A stretch of DNA of 64,000 nucleotides from Octopus vulgaris (GCA_951406725.2 OX597821.1:22382001-22446000); one strand, 5' to 3'. Shown: positions 1-11,985, counted from the first letter of the stretch. The notes: generated from the sequence alone by a model not told the origin. Translations and numbers: made by a program.

Positions 1-245
1 AGTAGTAGTAGTAGTAGTAGTAGCAGCAGTAGTAGTAGTAGTTTTAACCCAGATATGCTGTGCACAAGCACTCAACACAAATCTCTACACACAGCTCACC
101 CTAATTTCTACATTCGTCACACAGCGCCACACAAAGTACACCACACCATGGTACTGTACCCCACACCAAAGTAGACCACATCACTCTACACGACACCACA
201 GCCAACTACACCGTCCCATTGCTACAGTACAGCACATACACACCA

Positions 246-478
246 TACCTATTTCTTTACTACCCACAATGGGCTAAACATAGAGGGGACAAACAAAGAC
301 AGACAAACGAATTAAGTCGATTACATCGACCCCAGTGCGAAATTGGTACTTTATTTATCGACCCCGAAAGGATGAAAGGCAAAGTCGACCTCAGCGGAAT
401 TTGAACTCAGAACGTAACGACAGACGAAATACCGCTGAGCATTTCGCCCGGCGCGCTAATGATTCTGCCAGTTCATCA
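246..478 (-). mobile_element. tRNA-headed SINE family C (Nin/Deu-like central motif)
   Basis: Reverse complement matches the 59858-60090 copy (ctggcagaatcgttagc...gcctttcatcctttcggggtcgataaa..gtaccag...gggtagtaaagaaataggta). Confidence 0.85.
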
Positions 479-938
479 TACCATTGACACACCATACCAT
501 TGACCCTTGATCCACAATGTAACAACTGTCTCAACCAAACATGTCGCAATGACATTGTTGTCGCGCGCATACACACACACACACACACGCACTCTCTCTC
601 TCTCTCACACACACACACACATACACACACACACATACACACACACACATACACACACACACATTTAAGGTTAATGTTCGATATGCTGTTTATGTTGTGT
701 TGCGCTTACTCTGCATTGTTCTCTATATTCGTGTTATTGTTATTGTTGCTGTCGTTATTGTCAACCCTGACATTGTTCATTCACACTCTACTGGATTCTA
801 AACACCAAAGCATGTAAAGTTAGAGACAAAAGCCACCTAAATAAAGCTTATCAATTTATATGTATATATGTATGTAGGATGTATTTGTGTATATATATAT
901 GTGTGTGTGTATGTATATATATATATACGTATATTATG

Positions 939-969
<31 letters not shown>

Positions 970-1084
970 ATATATATATGTGTATACATATATGTTTATA
1001 TATGTATATATAGGTGTATTTATATATGTGTGTATATATATATATGTATGCATTATATAGTCAATTCATATAAACAATCAATTC

Positions 1085-1240
1085 AAATAAAGGAATAATA
1101 AAATTAACAGACAAGAGGCTGCGCACAAACACTGTATTAAGCCTAACGCTCGGTAAAAAGAGAGTTCTTGACGTTTCGTGCGCGTAGCTCTTCATCGGAA
1201 AGGAGAAAGGGAAAAGTCCGAAGAAGGAAAAGAAATTTTC
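1085..1240 (-). mobile_element. Penelope-like terminal (pLTR) fragment with minimal hammerhead
   Basis: Homologous to 23285-23431 (tgtatta..taacgctcgg..gtttcg..ctcttc..gaaagga); lies between microsatellites. Confidence 0.6.
1166..1202 (-). ncRNA. Minimal type I hammerhead-like motif (CCGAUGA core variant)
   Basis: Minus strand ttt-CCGATGA-A-GAGC-tacgc-GCAC-GAAA-CG-TC-aag; palindromic stem III ACGT, GUC site. Confidence 0.55.
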
Positions 1241-1253
1241 AACTACACACGTG

Positions 1254-1335
<82 letters not shown>

Positions 1336-1350
1336 TGTGTGTGTGTGTCT

Positions 1351-1596
1351 GAAGGCGCGTGGCCTAGTGGTTGCCTAGTAGTTGCACTCACGATCGCTAG
1401 ATCGTGGGTTCGACGCCATGACTGGGCGGTGCGTTATGTTCTTGAGCAAAACACTTCATGTCATGTCATGTTGCTCCAGTTCCCCCTTTTCGATCAGGGG
1501 TGGGTAGTGTTGGCCTGCTTCGCTTAGCCAGCAGGGTGGCGTCATTTGAATGCAAAAAGCGATGCCTAACATCTGATAGCGTAGTCGGTCACGTGA
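1351..1596 (+). mobile_element. SINE: family D-type head plus the tail shared with 56445-56560
   Basis: tRNA-like head gaaggcgcgtggcctagtgg, gttcttgagcaaaacactt core, tail tgttggcctgct..gcttagccagc..gtcggtcacgtga. Confidence 0.7.
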
Positions 1597-1663
1597 CACA
1601 CACACACTCTGTCTTTCTGTCTGTCTCTCTCTTTCTTTCCCTCTCTCTCTCTCTCTCTTTCTT

Positions 1664-1704
<41 letters not shown>

Positions 1705-1904
1705 GTCTTCCTTTTTCTTAAAATATGAACTACTTGTATTAATATCAGTTTTGTTATTTGCATTGAATTATGTGTTTTTCGACTTGCACTGCTTACCGTG
1801 CATTCATTGATTTTAGAGTTCAGAGAGTCCAAGGGGGAAACGCCCATTGACTCTATTGATACATCTCACCTGCTGCTCAGGTTCTTTGTCTTCGGAGGTC
1901 AAAT

Positions 1905-2245
1905 TTAGAGCGGTGGATAGTTTGAGCCTTGAACTACTTGTTTCGTTTATTTGCATTCTGAGTTCAAATCTCACCGACGTCAACTTTGCTTTTCATCTTA
2001 CCGGGATCGATGAAATAAGTTACAAGCTAAACACTAGAGATCGACGTAACCGACTCTCTCTCTCCCCCTCTCTCTCTCTCCCTTTCTCTTTAAAATTGCA
2101 AGCCGTGTGCTAAAATTTGAACCCGCAGAGGCCGACTTTGTTTTTCATCCTTTCGCGGTCGATAAAATAAATACCAGTTGAGTACTGGGGTTCATGCAAC
2201 CGACCTACCCACCCATTGCTGGCCTTGTCCCAAAATTTGAAATCA
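1905..2245 (+). mobile_element. Two degenerate SINE family C fragments
   Basis: ttctgagttcaaat..caactttgcttttcatc..gatgaaataag and tttcatcctttcgcggtcgataaaataaataccag. Confidence 0.7.
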
Positions 2246-2402
2246 AATATTTTGTCTGATATAGGGAGACCCACTGATAGGCAACAATATACGAGTTTAA
2301 GACCCAGCGAAGATGGACAAGGAGTTTCTCTCTTTATACTGAAAAGTTCTAAGGATCCAAAAGTACATTCTTCGGGTCACACACACACACACACACACAC
2401 AC

Positions 2403-2479
<77 letters not shown>

Positions 2480-2904
2480 TAAGAACAATGTTTATGGTGT
2501 AATAGTCTTTTTAAAAAAAAATTTGTTCCGTAATTAACCTTACCCATCACCACTAAGGCCATGCTGGAGCGCCACTACCGTGTGTGTGTGTGTGTGTGTG
2601 TGTGAAAACACACACACACACTCACTATTTCCTCTCTTGCCTTGTCTCTTTCCCTTCTTCCTTTGTTTTGTTTTTCTTTTGTCTCTTCTTTGTTTATCAT
2701 TGTTCCAGTCAATATTTACTAAACGTGACAATGAATTGTGTACTGTAACAGTATACACACACACACTCACTCACACACTAAGATATATATATATATATAT
2801 AGTCTTTCAAATACACGCAAATGTGCTCAAAGACAACCGTATTCATGAAGTCAGCAGCGTACATACATACACACACTAGTATACATATATACATACACAT
2901 ACAG

Positions 2905-2951
<47 letters not shown>

Positions 2952-3402
2952 CTTAGATAGGCGCAGAAATATCATATATATATATATATATATATGCGCG
3001 TACCTTTATTCACACACTCTCAAAGTGGGTGCATACTCTTTCATACACACACACACCTCAAACACATCTCAAACACAATCGTACACACACATATGCTCAT
3101 AGCATTAATTCAAACGCTCTCAGACGAACTGCACACAGCGCGCGCGCGCACATCTTTATACATGCAGTCACGTTTTCAAATCATTACACACAAACATATT
3201 CATATGTTTAAATAACCAGCCAAGAGGTGTCCGTAACGAACAGTAAACAGTTCATTATATATTAATTACAAGAGGGTGTTGACTGTAATGAAAGAGCAGG
3301 AGAGCAGGGAATGGGATGGTTATTTTCTATGATTTCATTTTAAAGAATTAACCACTATTTGGTTATAGATTAATACTATGGGTTAACATGCAGTTTACGG
3401 TA

Positions 3403-3621
3403 TCTCTTTTATCTCTTACTTGTTTCAGTCATCTAACTGCGGCCATGCTGGAGCACCACCTTTAGTCGATCAAATCGACCCCGGGACTTATTCTTTGTAA
3501 GCCCAGTACTTATTGTATCGGAATCTTTTGCCGAACCGCTAAGTTACGGCGACGTAAACACACCAGCATCGGTTGTCAAGGAATGCTAGGGGGACAAACA
3601 CAGACACACACACACACACAC

Positions 3622-3682
<61 letters not shown>

Positions 3683-3856
3683 TACATATATACGACGGGC
3701 TTCTTTCAGTTTCCGTCTACCAAATCCACTCACAAGGCTTTAGTCGGCCTGAGGCTATAGCAGAAGACACTTGCCCAAGGTGCCACGCAGTGGGACTGAA
3801 CCCGGAACCATGTGGTTGGTTAGCAAGCTATTTACCACACAGCCACTCCTGCGCCT
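3403..3856 (-). mobile_element. SINE family A (CORE-type, internal microsatellite), full length
   Basis: tRNA-like head aggcgcaggagtggctgtgtggtaa, CORE-like gtggcaccttgggcaagtgtctt, internal (TA)/(CA), tail ggtgctccagcatggccgcag..gactgaaacaagtaa. Confidence 0.9.
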
Positions 3857-3987
3857 AGCATAAAATGTGAAAACAAATTGTCCTAAAATAATGGAAATTG
3901 CGATGAAAACGGAAGTGACAACAGTGGCATCCCATAATTTCATGTAAACAACGTATGTGATATAACCAACGCTTAGAATGCACAATG

Positions 3988-4205
3988 CAGGGTGGGGGAT
4001 GAAAAGTTCTTGACTTTAAGGGTGTCGTGAAAGTCCTGGTTGGAAGCCCAACCTTCTGAGTTCTTTTACAGGTCTTAGAAAAACTGAAGGATCGCTGAAA
4101 TAAGTGTGTGAATCTGAGAAGGGAATATGTTGAATAAAATCATAATTAACTGATCCTCCTGTCTTTTCTTTTACCCAAAGCCAGGAACTTTTTAGCAACC
4201 CCTGG
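3988..4205. mobile_element. Degenerate Tc1/mariner-type MITE
   Basis: Imperfect TIRs gggggatgaaaagttcttgacttt / aaagccaggaactttttagcaacccctggta. Confidence 0.5.
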
Positions 4206-4676
4206 TATGTGACATAGCCAATGTATATAGTATGTACATCACCGTTTCCCGCTGGTTCTTTCTGTACAGCTCATTAATCATGCAGGTCATTAATCATTGC
4301 TCGCATGTAAACTATGTTGGCTGTTATGCATCAACATGCAAACCACCAAATTGCTTTCGCGATTGGGTTCATTCTTTAGTATAGTACATCGGAACGTTAT
4401 ACCTCAACTGCCATTTCTGAAATAGCAGATCATAAGAAAGTGCCATACATGTAGGTGCCTGTGGACGTGATATAACGATCGAGTTTTGTGTTCTATTTAT
4501 AAAATTATGAGATGTCACTGCCATTGCTTACAGAGTCTATCGCAAATTACTTTCACTTTTTTTTAGGACAAATTTACTTTACTTTCACATTTTTTACGGC
4601 TGTTTATTGCAGATTGCCTTGTTGTTTAGTGATACATACACGCGCACGTGTGTGTATTTGAGTGTGTGTGTGTATA

Positions 4677-4740
<64 letters not shown>

Positions 4741-5329
4741 CGTGCGTGTATGTGTATATATCTACTACATATGTGGAAAATCGGTGTTTGTTTGTGGCGT
4801 TGTTAGCTAACTCCTCCTACATCTTTTTCTTGATTTTGATGAAACTTGATACATAAGTAGAAGTCATGTCTGGAAACCTCATGACATACTTAGATTATTG
4901 AAAACATCGATAATACGGCCTCTTGAAGGGACCTTTATATATACCTTATATAACTAATTTTTTAAACACCCAAGGGAAATAACTCATACCACCTACACAA
5001 TATTTTTTAAACACTCAAGAGAAATAACCCCATTTCATTGTTTATGTTCGATTACTTTGAACCAACGATCAGCCGACCTAATTCTGCATTTCACTACTCA
5101 CAGTTTGAAACTGCTAAATATTATTGTTGCACTTTCTTAACTTGAATCTCTTCATTCATGCATTTCTATACATACATACTTTTTTGAATGCCCATTACTC
5201 TGATAATTCTGCATTTTTTACAGTTTCACTTTCTCCATGACAGTAGATAATTTTTTTCCGCAACGTAATTGTTGTGGCTTCATGTAGGCATAGCGTGGAT
5301 TCGATCCTCGATTGCAGGCCGATGACAGT

Positions 5330-5456
5330 ACCGCTTGATTGGCACTCGTGCCAGTGGAACGTTAAAAGCACATCTGAGCGTGATGGTTGCCAGGGCCACG
5401 GATTGGCTCCCTTACCGGTGACACGTGAAAAGGACCATTCGGGCATGATCGTTGCA
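5330..5456 (+). mobile_element. Degenerate copy of the 7050-7380 tandem-unit element
   Basis: gtgccagtggaacgttaaaagcac and accggtgacacgtgaaaaggacc units. Confidence 0.55.
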
Positions 5457-6754
5457 TGAAGACAAACTGGCCCAAATTTGACGAATATATCTCATAAAAA
5501 TAACACTTGCTTTATTTTCCCCTGAAACAGTCATCATGCGAACGAATGCCGTCATACATACATGCATACACACATACATGCATGCATACATACAGACAAA
5601 TATCGTACATACATAGAAAACAAACATCGTACATAGAAAACAAACATCGTACATAAACGACACGAAGACACAATGTTCTCCACTAGTTTCCTTTGGTTTT
5701 TCTTAGGACTTAAGCACTGTCAACGGCTATTATTGTGTCTGTAAGAACAACATAAAAGAAAAAAAAATCAACTCCGTTTTTTGTTGACAGCGACAACAGA
5801 TGCCGCAATTGTGTCGTCTGCTATGCTATGTCCTGACATTTTCAACTGTCAGCTTGGCCTCTGCGTGCGTGCTTGTTGTGTGCGTATATCTATGTGTACG
5901 TGTGCATGTGTGTGTGTTTCCACCCTTGTTCTTTGCTCTATATTCGTACTTTCTCTCTCCTGTCTCTCTTCCTCCCTCTGTCTTTCTCAGCTTGCGTGTG
6001 AGAGAGAAAGAGAGAGAGAGAGGGAGAGAGAGAGAGTGTGTGAGTTGGTGTTTCTTCATCCTGTCATTTGAATTATGCATTGTATCTGTATATGTATTCC
6101 TGTATGCGTGCATGCGCGCGCGCGTGCGTGTGTGTGTATGTGTGTGTATGTGTGTGTACGTATGAAGGTGTGTGTCTGTATGTATGCATGTGTACACGTA
6201 TGTTCGCATTCATTCTAACATTTTAACTTTGTATCGTCTGAAATTGTCGCATCTGTTTACCTGGACATGGCAGCAGCAGCAGCAGCCGTAGTAGTAGTAG
6301 TAGTAGTAGTAGTAGAAGTAGTAGGTGGTGGTGACAGTCGACTATGGGGATGTGAGTGATAGCAGGAATATCTCTAGTATTAATATAGTGGTGGTAGCGC
6401 TTGTTATGTAAGATGGTGACATTTGTAATAGGGTTGCGGATACAGTTGGCTCTATATGAAATTGCATGTATGAAATGTAGTAGTAGTAGTAGTAGTAGTA
6501 GTAGTTATGTAATAGTTGTGTTAGTGATTGTTGCAGTAACGATAGTAGGTATATAAGCGGTTGACCTAGATCGTCCAGTTGACAAATTGCTCCTGTTATT
6601 TATTATATTTGCTCAGGTTAGGTCGGATCGAACACAGACTTGTGATCAGAAGTATTGCGGTTTTAACTTTTATGACCGTCTTGTCATACCGACAACGACT
6701 GGAAATTTTAAGATCTTTGTAATGTGTAGGAAAAAGCGAAATATTAATTGTGTT

Positions 6755-7040
6755 ATAAGAAGCTTGCTTCTCAGCTGCATAGTTCAAGGTTCAGTTCCAA
6801 TGCGTGGAACCTTGGGCAAGTGTCTTCTGCTATAGCGCTTGGTAGACCAAAGCTTTGTGAGTGGATTTGGTAGACGGAAACTGAAAGAAGCCCGTCGTAT
6901 ATATATGTATATGTACATGTCTGTGTGAGTGGTGCTTTGTCTGTGTCTTTTGAGTTTGACCCCACTACCGATTAGCAGTCTGCAAACTTAGCAGTTCGGT
7001 AAGACTTGTTGGAATAAGTACTAGGCTTTAAAAACGAATA
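6755..7040 (+). mobile_element. SINE family A, degenerate; interrupted by the following element, tail at about 7385-7455
   Basis: ccttgggcaagtgtcttctgctatagc...gtggatttggtagacggaaactgaaagaagcccgtcg. Confidence 0.8.
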
Positions 7041-7049
7041 AATACAAGG

Positions 7050-7347
7050 GTACCGGTGGCACGTAAAAAGCACCATCCGTTCGTGGCTGTTGCCAGCCCC
7101 GCATGGCCCCCGTGCCGGTGGCACATAAAAAGCGCCATCCGATCGTAGCCGTTTGCCAGACTCGTCTGGCACCTGTGCCGGTGGCACGTAAAAAGCACCC
7201 ACTACACTCATGGAGTGGTTGGCGTTAGGAAGGGCATCCAGCCGTAGAAACATTGCCAGATCAGACTGGGCCTGGTGCAGCCTTCTAGCTTCCCAGACAC
7301 CAGTTGAACCGTCCAACCCATGCTAGCATGGAAAGCGGACGCTAAAC

Positions 7348-7380
<33 letters not shown>
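7050..7380 (+). mobile_element. RTE-associated short retroelement with three ~62-nt tandem units and (GAT)n tail
   Basis: 3x gtgccggtggcacgtaaaaagcacc, then ggcgttaggaagggcatccagccgtagaaa...gcatggaaagcggacgctaaacgatgatgat. RTE link inferred from the tail type. Confidence 0.65.
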
Positions 7381-7381
<1 letters not shown>

Positions 7382-7904
7382 TTTATTCCCTCGATTAACA
7401 CCATTCAAGGCGATGTCCCGGCATGGCTGTAGTCCAGTGAATGAAGTAAAAGACGAATGATATTCTGCTCACCTTGGACTTCAAACGTCCGATCCCGTCT
7501 TCATTTAATCTAGAAATGATTGTCTCCCTTACGATAGCTGTCCACAGGGAGCACACCACCTATACACACACCTCCAAACACGGCTTTAAATGAAGGATAT
7601 TAGGCTACTGTCTTTTGTAAAGTTTTGAGTGACGGCCTCCCAATTTGACTCATTAAATTGTCAACCATCACGCTCACAAACACAAACGCATACACACAGA
7701 GAAACACACACACACACACACAAGCAAGTACATAGATACTACAGTGTACGTACATGTACACATGCACTCATATACAAATATATATATATATATACACACA
7801 CTCATACATACACAAACACATTCATTCAGCTCTGTACATGTGTGTGTATATGTGTGTGTGTGTCTTATTAAATATATGTGTGTATACACACACACACACA
7901 TATG

Positions 7905-7967
<63 letters not shown>

Positions 7968-7979
7968 GTATGTGTGTGC

Positions 7980-8021
<42 letters not shown>

Positions 8022-8024
<3 letters not shown>

Positions 8025-8523
8025 GTGAAATAGAAAGATGAATAATCTTGTAGTAGATTAATCAAAAGTTTAACCGATACCTTAGTAGCAAAAATCACAG
8101 CAGTAAAACAGCACGGTTGGAGGTACAACCATATGGTGTTGCAACCGTGCGTTGGTGCGGATAATTGAAATTAGAACATTATTGGTGAATTGAAGAAATG
8201 GAGCTGAACGCAGATTGAACAGAAATCGTTTTATTTCATTCTACAAGTGTTTCGAAAGGCACAAATTACCAAAATCCGATGGAATAATGGGACCTCGCCA
8301 TGGGCTCTTAGGAGCATAGTTCGATTTGTTTTTGCTCCGCCTCTGTTCTGTTTTTGTTTTTCCAACGGATTTCCTATTTTCTTCCTGAAGAGAAAGACAC
8401 AATATGGTCCCATTATTCCATCGGATTTTGGTAATTTGTGCCTTTCGAAACACGTGTAGAATGAAATAAAACGATTTCTGTTCAATCTGCGTTCAGCTCC
8501 ATTTCTTCAATTCACCAATAATG

Positions 8524-8525
<2 letters not shown>
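8022..8525. mobile_element. Penelope-like fold-back element in (TA)n: 120-bp inverted arms plus one-sided tail
   Basis: Arms 8175-8294 and 8406-8525 (1 mismatch), loop 8295-8405, tail 8022-8174; (TA)n on both sides. Confidence 0.8.
8375..8468 (+). ncRNA. Type I hammerhead ribozyme
   Basis: Stem I 8375-8384/8459-8468 (9 of 10 pairs); CTGAAGA 8385-8391; stem II GAAAGACACAA 8392-8402 / TTGTGCCTTTC 8436-8446; GAAA 8447-8450; palindromic stem III ACACGTGT; predicted cleavage GUA^ after 8458. Confidence 0.8.
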
Positions 8526-8558
<33 letters not shown>

Positions 8559-8646
8559 GTGTGTATGTATAATAAATGATATATATATATATATTATTAT
8601 TATTATTATTTAATTGAATACAACGCATCCATTTTGAAGTATATAG

Positions 8647-9025
8647 ATGTGGCTGTGTGGTAAGTAGCTTGCTTACCAACCACATGGTTCCGGGATCAGT
8701 CCCACTGCGTGGCACCTTGGGCAAGTGTCTTCTGCTATAGCTTTGGGCTGACCAAAGCCTTGTGAGTGGATTTGGTAGACGGAAACTGAAAGAAGCCCGT
8801 CGTATATATGATATATATATATGTATGAGTCTGTGTTTGTCCCCCCTCCAATATCGCTTGGCAACCGATGCTGGTGTGTTTACGTCCCGTAACTTAGCGG
8901 TTCGGCAAAAGGAACCGATAGAATAAGTACTAGGCTTACAAAGAATAAGTCCTGGTGTCGATTTGCTCGACTAAAGACGGTGCTCCAGCATGGCCACAGT
9001 CAAATGACGGAAACAAAAGAATAAA
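8647..9025 (+). mobile_element. SINE family A
   Basis: Head, CORE-like segment and tail as in 3403-3856. Confidence 0.9.
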
Positions 9026-9469
9026 ATATTTTTAAGGATTTTAAGGATATGTATACATATTATATGCATATGTATACATATGTATATACATATGTATGTG
9101 TGTGTATGTATATACACAAACTTGTTGTTTTTGTTATTTAACCCTAGGTCAGCTACGATCCAGCATAAGTCGGTCATCAGTGACATCGCAGCTATGAGCA
9201 GCTACGAACTTGTCAATTAGTACATATGGGACACACCCAACATCTCCTTTCTTTCCTGGTGAACTCGAATTAGCGATCAATTGTTCCTCTTTAAGGAATA
9301 TTTTGCTATTTCGAATACACACACAGTCATATCTATCATTTAAAAATGCGGCTATGGAAGATAAAAAACCACGCTCTCATTTCCTTGCACCGATCGTATT
9401 AAGCACACCGTATATAGGCTGTGGTATTAACATGAAGATGCTGATGATTGCTACAACTAGTAGTAATAT

Positions 9470-9520
<51 letters not shown>

Positions 9521-9645
9521 CAGCAGCAGCAACAGCAGTGTTTAATCACTGATAACAACCACTACTACTATCACCTATTACTTTCAGTGTTTTTACGCTT
9601 CTTTGTCTGAATGTGTGTTACGCATATGTATCTGTATGTGTGTTA

Positions 9646-9688
<43 letters not shown>

Positions 9689-9689
<1 letters not shown>

Positions 9690-9894
9690 TTTATTTAAAT
9701 CAGCAGAAAATTCAAGAAAACCTGTTACTCTGAGTTTCCCGTTGCCGTTCATCGGACAGTTTTGAACGGCAACGGGAAACTCAGAGTAACAGGTTTTATT
9801 GAATTTTCTGCTGCTTTAAATAAAGCATATTACTCTACCACTGGTATTTGAGTACTCTTTTTTCCACCTTGTTTCACATTTATGTGTTTACTCC

Positions 9895-9896
<2 letters not shown>
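9689..9896. mobile_element. Penelope-like fold-back element in (TA)n
   Basis: Arms 9689-9751 and 9763-9825, tail 9826-9896; the tail recurs at 33497-33561 (minus). Confidence 0.8.
9719..9761 (-). ncRNA. Minimal type I hammerhead (CCGAUGA core variant)
   Basis: Minus strand aaCTGT-CCGATGA-A-CG-GCAA-CG-G-GAAA-CTC-A-GAG-TA^-ACAGgtt: stem I CTGT/ACAG, GNRA-capped stem II, near-palindromic stem III. Confidence 0.65.
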
Positions 9897-9930
<34 letters not shown>

Positions 9931-10042
9931 CGGTTAATATTATGTTTATGAGTGTCTGTGTGTGTATATTTGTTTATATATAAATATTATGTAAGTGTGT
10001 GTGTATGGTGGTGGGGGTTAAATTCTGAATGGTAATAATAAT

Positions 10043-10172
10043 TAAAGGCACACGGCCTGAAATTTGGAGGGTGAGAGACTACATCGACCTCCCCACCCCC
10101 ACCCCCACCCCAGTGTTTCACTAGTACTTGATTTATCGACCTCTGAAAGGATGAAAGGCAAAGTCGACCTCA
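10043..10172 (-). mobile_element. SINE family C 3' fragment
   Basis: tttatcgacctctgaaaggatgaaaggcaaagtcgacctc. Confidence 0.75.
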
Positions 10173-10426
10173 ATCTTATATTCAGTAAAATATGTCGACC
10201 TAGTTGATAACTTACACTTTTTGCCAAAAAAATAAAAGTAATAATAATAATAAATAGATAAATAAGTTTTGTTAAAATATCGGAAGAGCCAGGGAAATAA
10301 CGAACTTATTATCACCCCCCAAACATCACCACCACCACCACCACCATTACTACTACAACTATAATCATAATTGACTTTAAGCTAGGACTAGTTTGTGCTA
10401 GAAGATTGCTCCGTCTTGATTTGGGT

Positions 10427-10492
<66 letters not shown>

Positions 10493-11130
10493 TATATACA
10501 TGAACAAATAGTTCATAGTACTGCTGCTGTTATTAATGTTGTTGTAGGTGTTGTTGTTATTGGCGCATGTGCTATTTTAAACACGCCACCATAGTATTAC
10601 AGCAACCTTTTATATTTTCATTTTATTCCCACCCACAACTTTTTGCTTATACCGAAACTATACCAGCGGCAAGAACACCACTCATACATACATATGTATA
10701 CTACAGCTATACTTGTTTACCTCCGGTTGTTCACTACTACCTGTACCTCTAAACAACATTACTACAGTAACACTGCAACACTTGTTAATCCCACCACTAC
10801 TATCTCTACCACTTTTTATTCATTCTAGTACTAACACCACACTACAACGACACTCCATAACTGTACTTAATTGCTAGTACTGTACAAGTATTCGAACTAC
10901 ATCGACTATTACTAATATTGTTGCTGTCATCCCTGGAGCACTTCTGCTGACCGCTTACCACCTCTCACGGCACTGCTATCACTTATACCATCACCAAGAG
11001 CAACACCACCTTGCACTACAACAATACTACTAGTGTTTCTAACCACACCCACACTCACACCAACACCTACCAATAACGTTGTTACCACCATAACAACGCC
11101 CTACCTATTCACCAGTCCTAACATCACGAA

Positions 11131-11186
<56 letters not shown>

Positions 11187-11390
11187 CTATATTGATAGAT
11201 ATCTATATACGCACATATTCATATTCATATATATATATTCATATGCCTGATATATATATATAATCGACATGTTGATTGTGCGTGAATCTAAGGTGTTCCC
11301 TGCAGGATTTATGACTAACCAACTACTTTTCATATAAGTTTCGCTTAACTTCGAATTACGACTAACAACGGTTAACCACGTCAGGTCAAC

Positions 11391-11483
11391 ATGGATAGAG
11401 GTAAAAAGGCGAAGAAGACTCGAACTAATCACCCAGCTCGTCACATGGAGCTCAGGAGAGCTAGTTCCTCGGATCGAAAGCGC
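11391..11483 (+). CDS. Candidate first coding exon (MDRGKKAKKTRTNHPARHMELRRASSSDRKR), product unknown
   Basis: Unique sequence; acceptor ttccctgcag| at 11305, caacATGg start context, donor |gtaagc at 11484, phase 0. No homolog recognised. Confidence 0.35.
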
Positions 11484-11506
11484 GTAAGCACATTGGATTT
11501 CTATAC

Positions 11507-11560
<54 letters not shown>

Positions 11561-11731
11561 TAGCTGCTGCTATGTGGTATTAAGTACATTCAAACGTGAA
11601 ATTTCAAATAAGATATATATGTGTGTATTTATTGATTGACACTTTTTCTTTCCTGTCAGTAATTAATGAACTATTAAGGATGGAGTTCGTTTGGCCTTGT
11701 GTGTGTGAGTGTGGGTATATATATATATATA

Positions 11732-11975
11732 TTCTTATTCGTTCCCGTCCTTGTTTTGTATACATTCGAAGCTTTCTTCCAAGGAATCTAATGCGCTTGG
11801 CTTAGATTTTCCTTTGGGGCTGGCCAGGTCGGAACAATCTCAAGATTAATCAGCCGAAATTGCGAGGATGATCCGGTTCTTGACTGAAGATTGAAGGCTT
11901 CGAATGTCCCCTCCATGTTTTTTGTATCGTCTTCTAAATGTTTTGCGTTCTTGTCCCAGTTTGTGTTTTTTTACA
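11732..11975 (+). mobile_element. Putative Penelope-like terminal fragment in (TA)n
   Basis: Flanked by TA repeats; CTGAAGA..gaaggcttc-GAAT-GTC motif; end similar to the reverse complement of 33900-34016. Confidence 0.45.
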
Positions 11976-11985
11976 TATACATATA

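Noticed and set aside
1817-2376. Possible exons EFRESKGETPIDSIDTSHLLL and GRPTDRQQYTSLRPSEDGQG
   Set aside because: Weak or absent donors and no recognisable homology; insufficient support.
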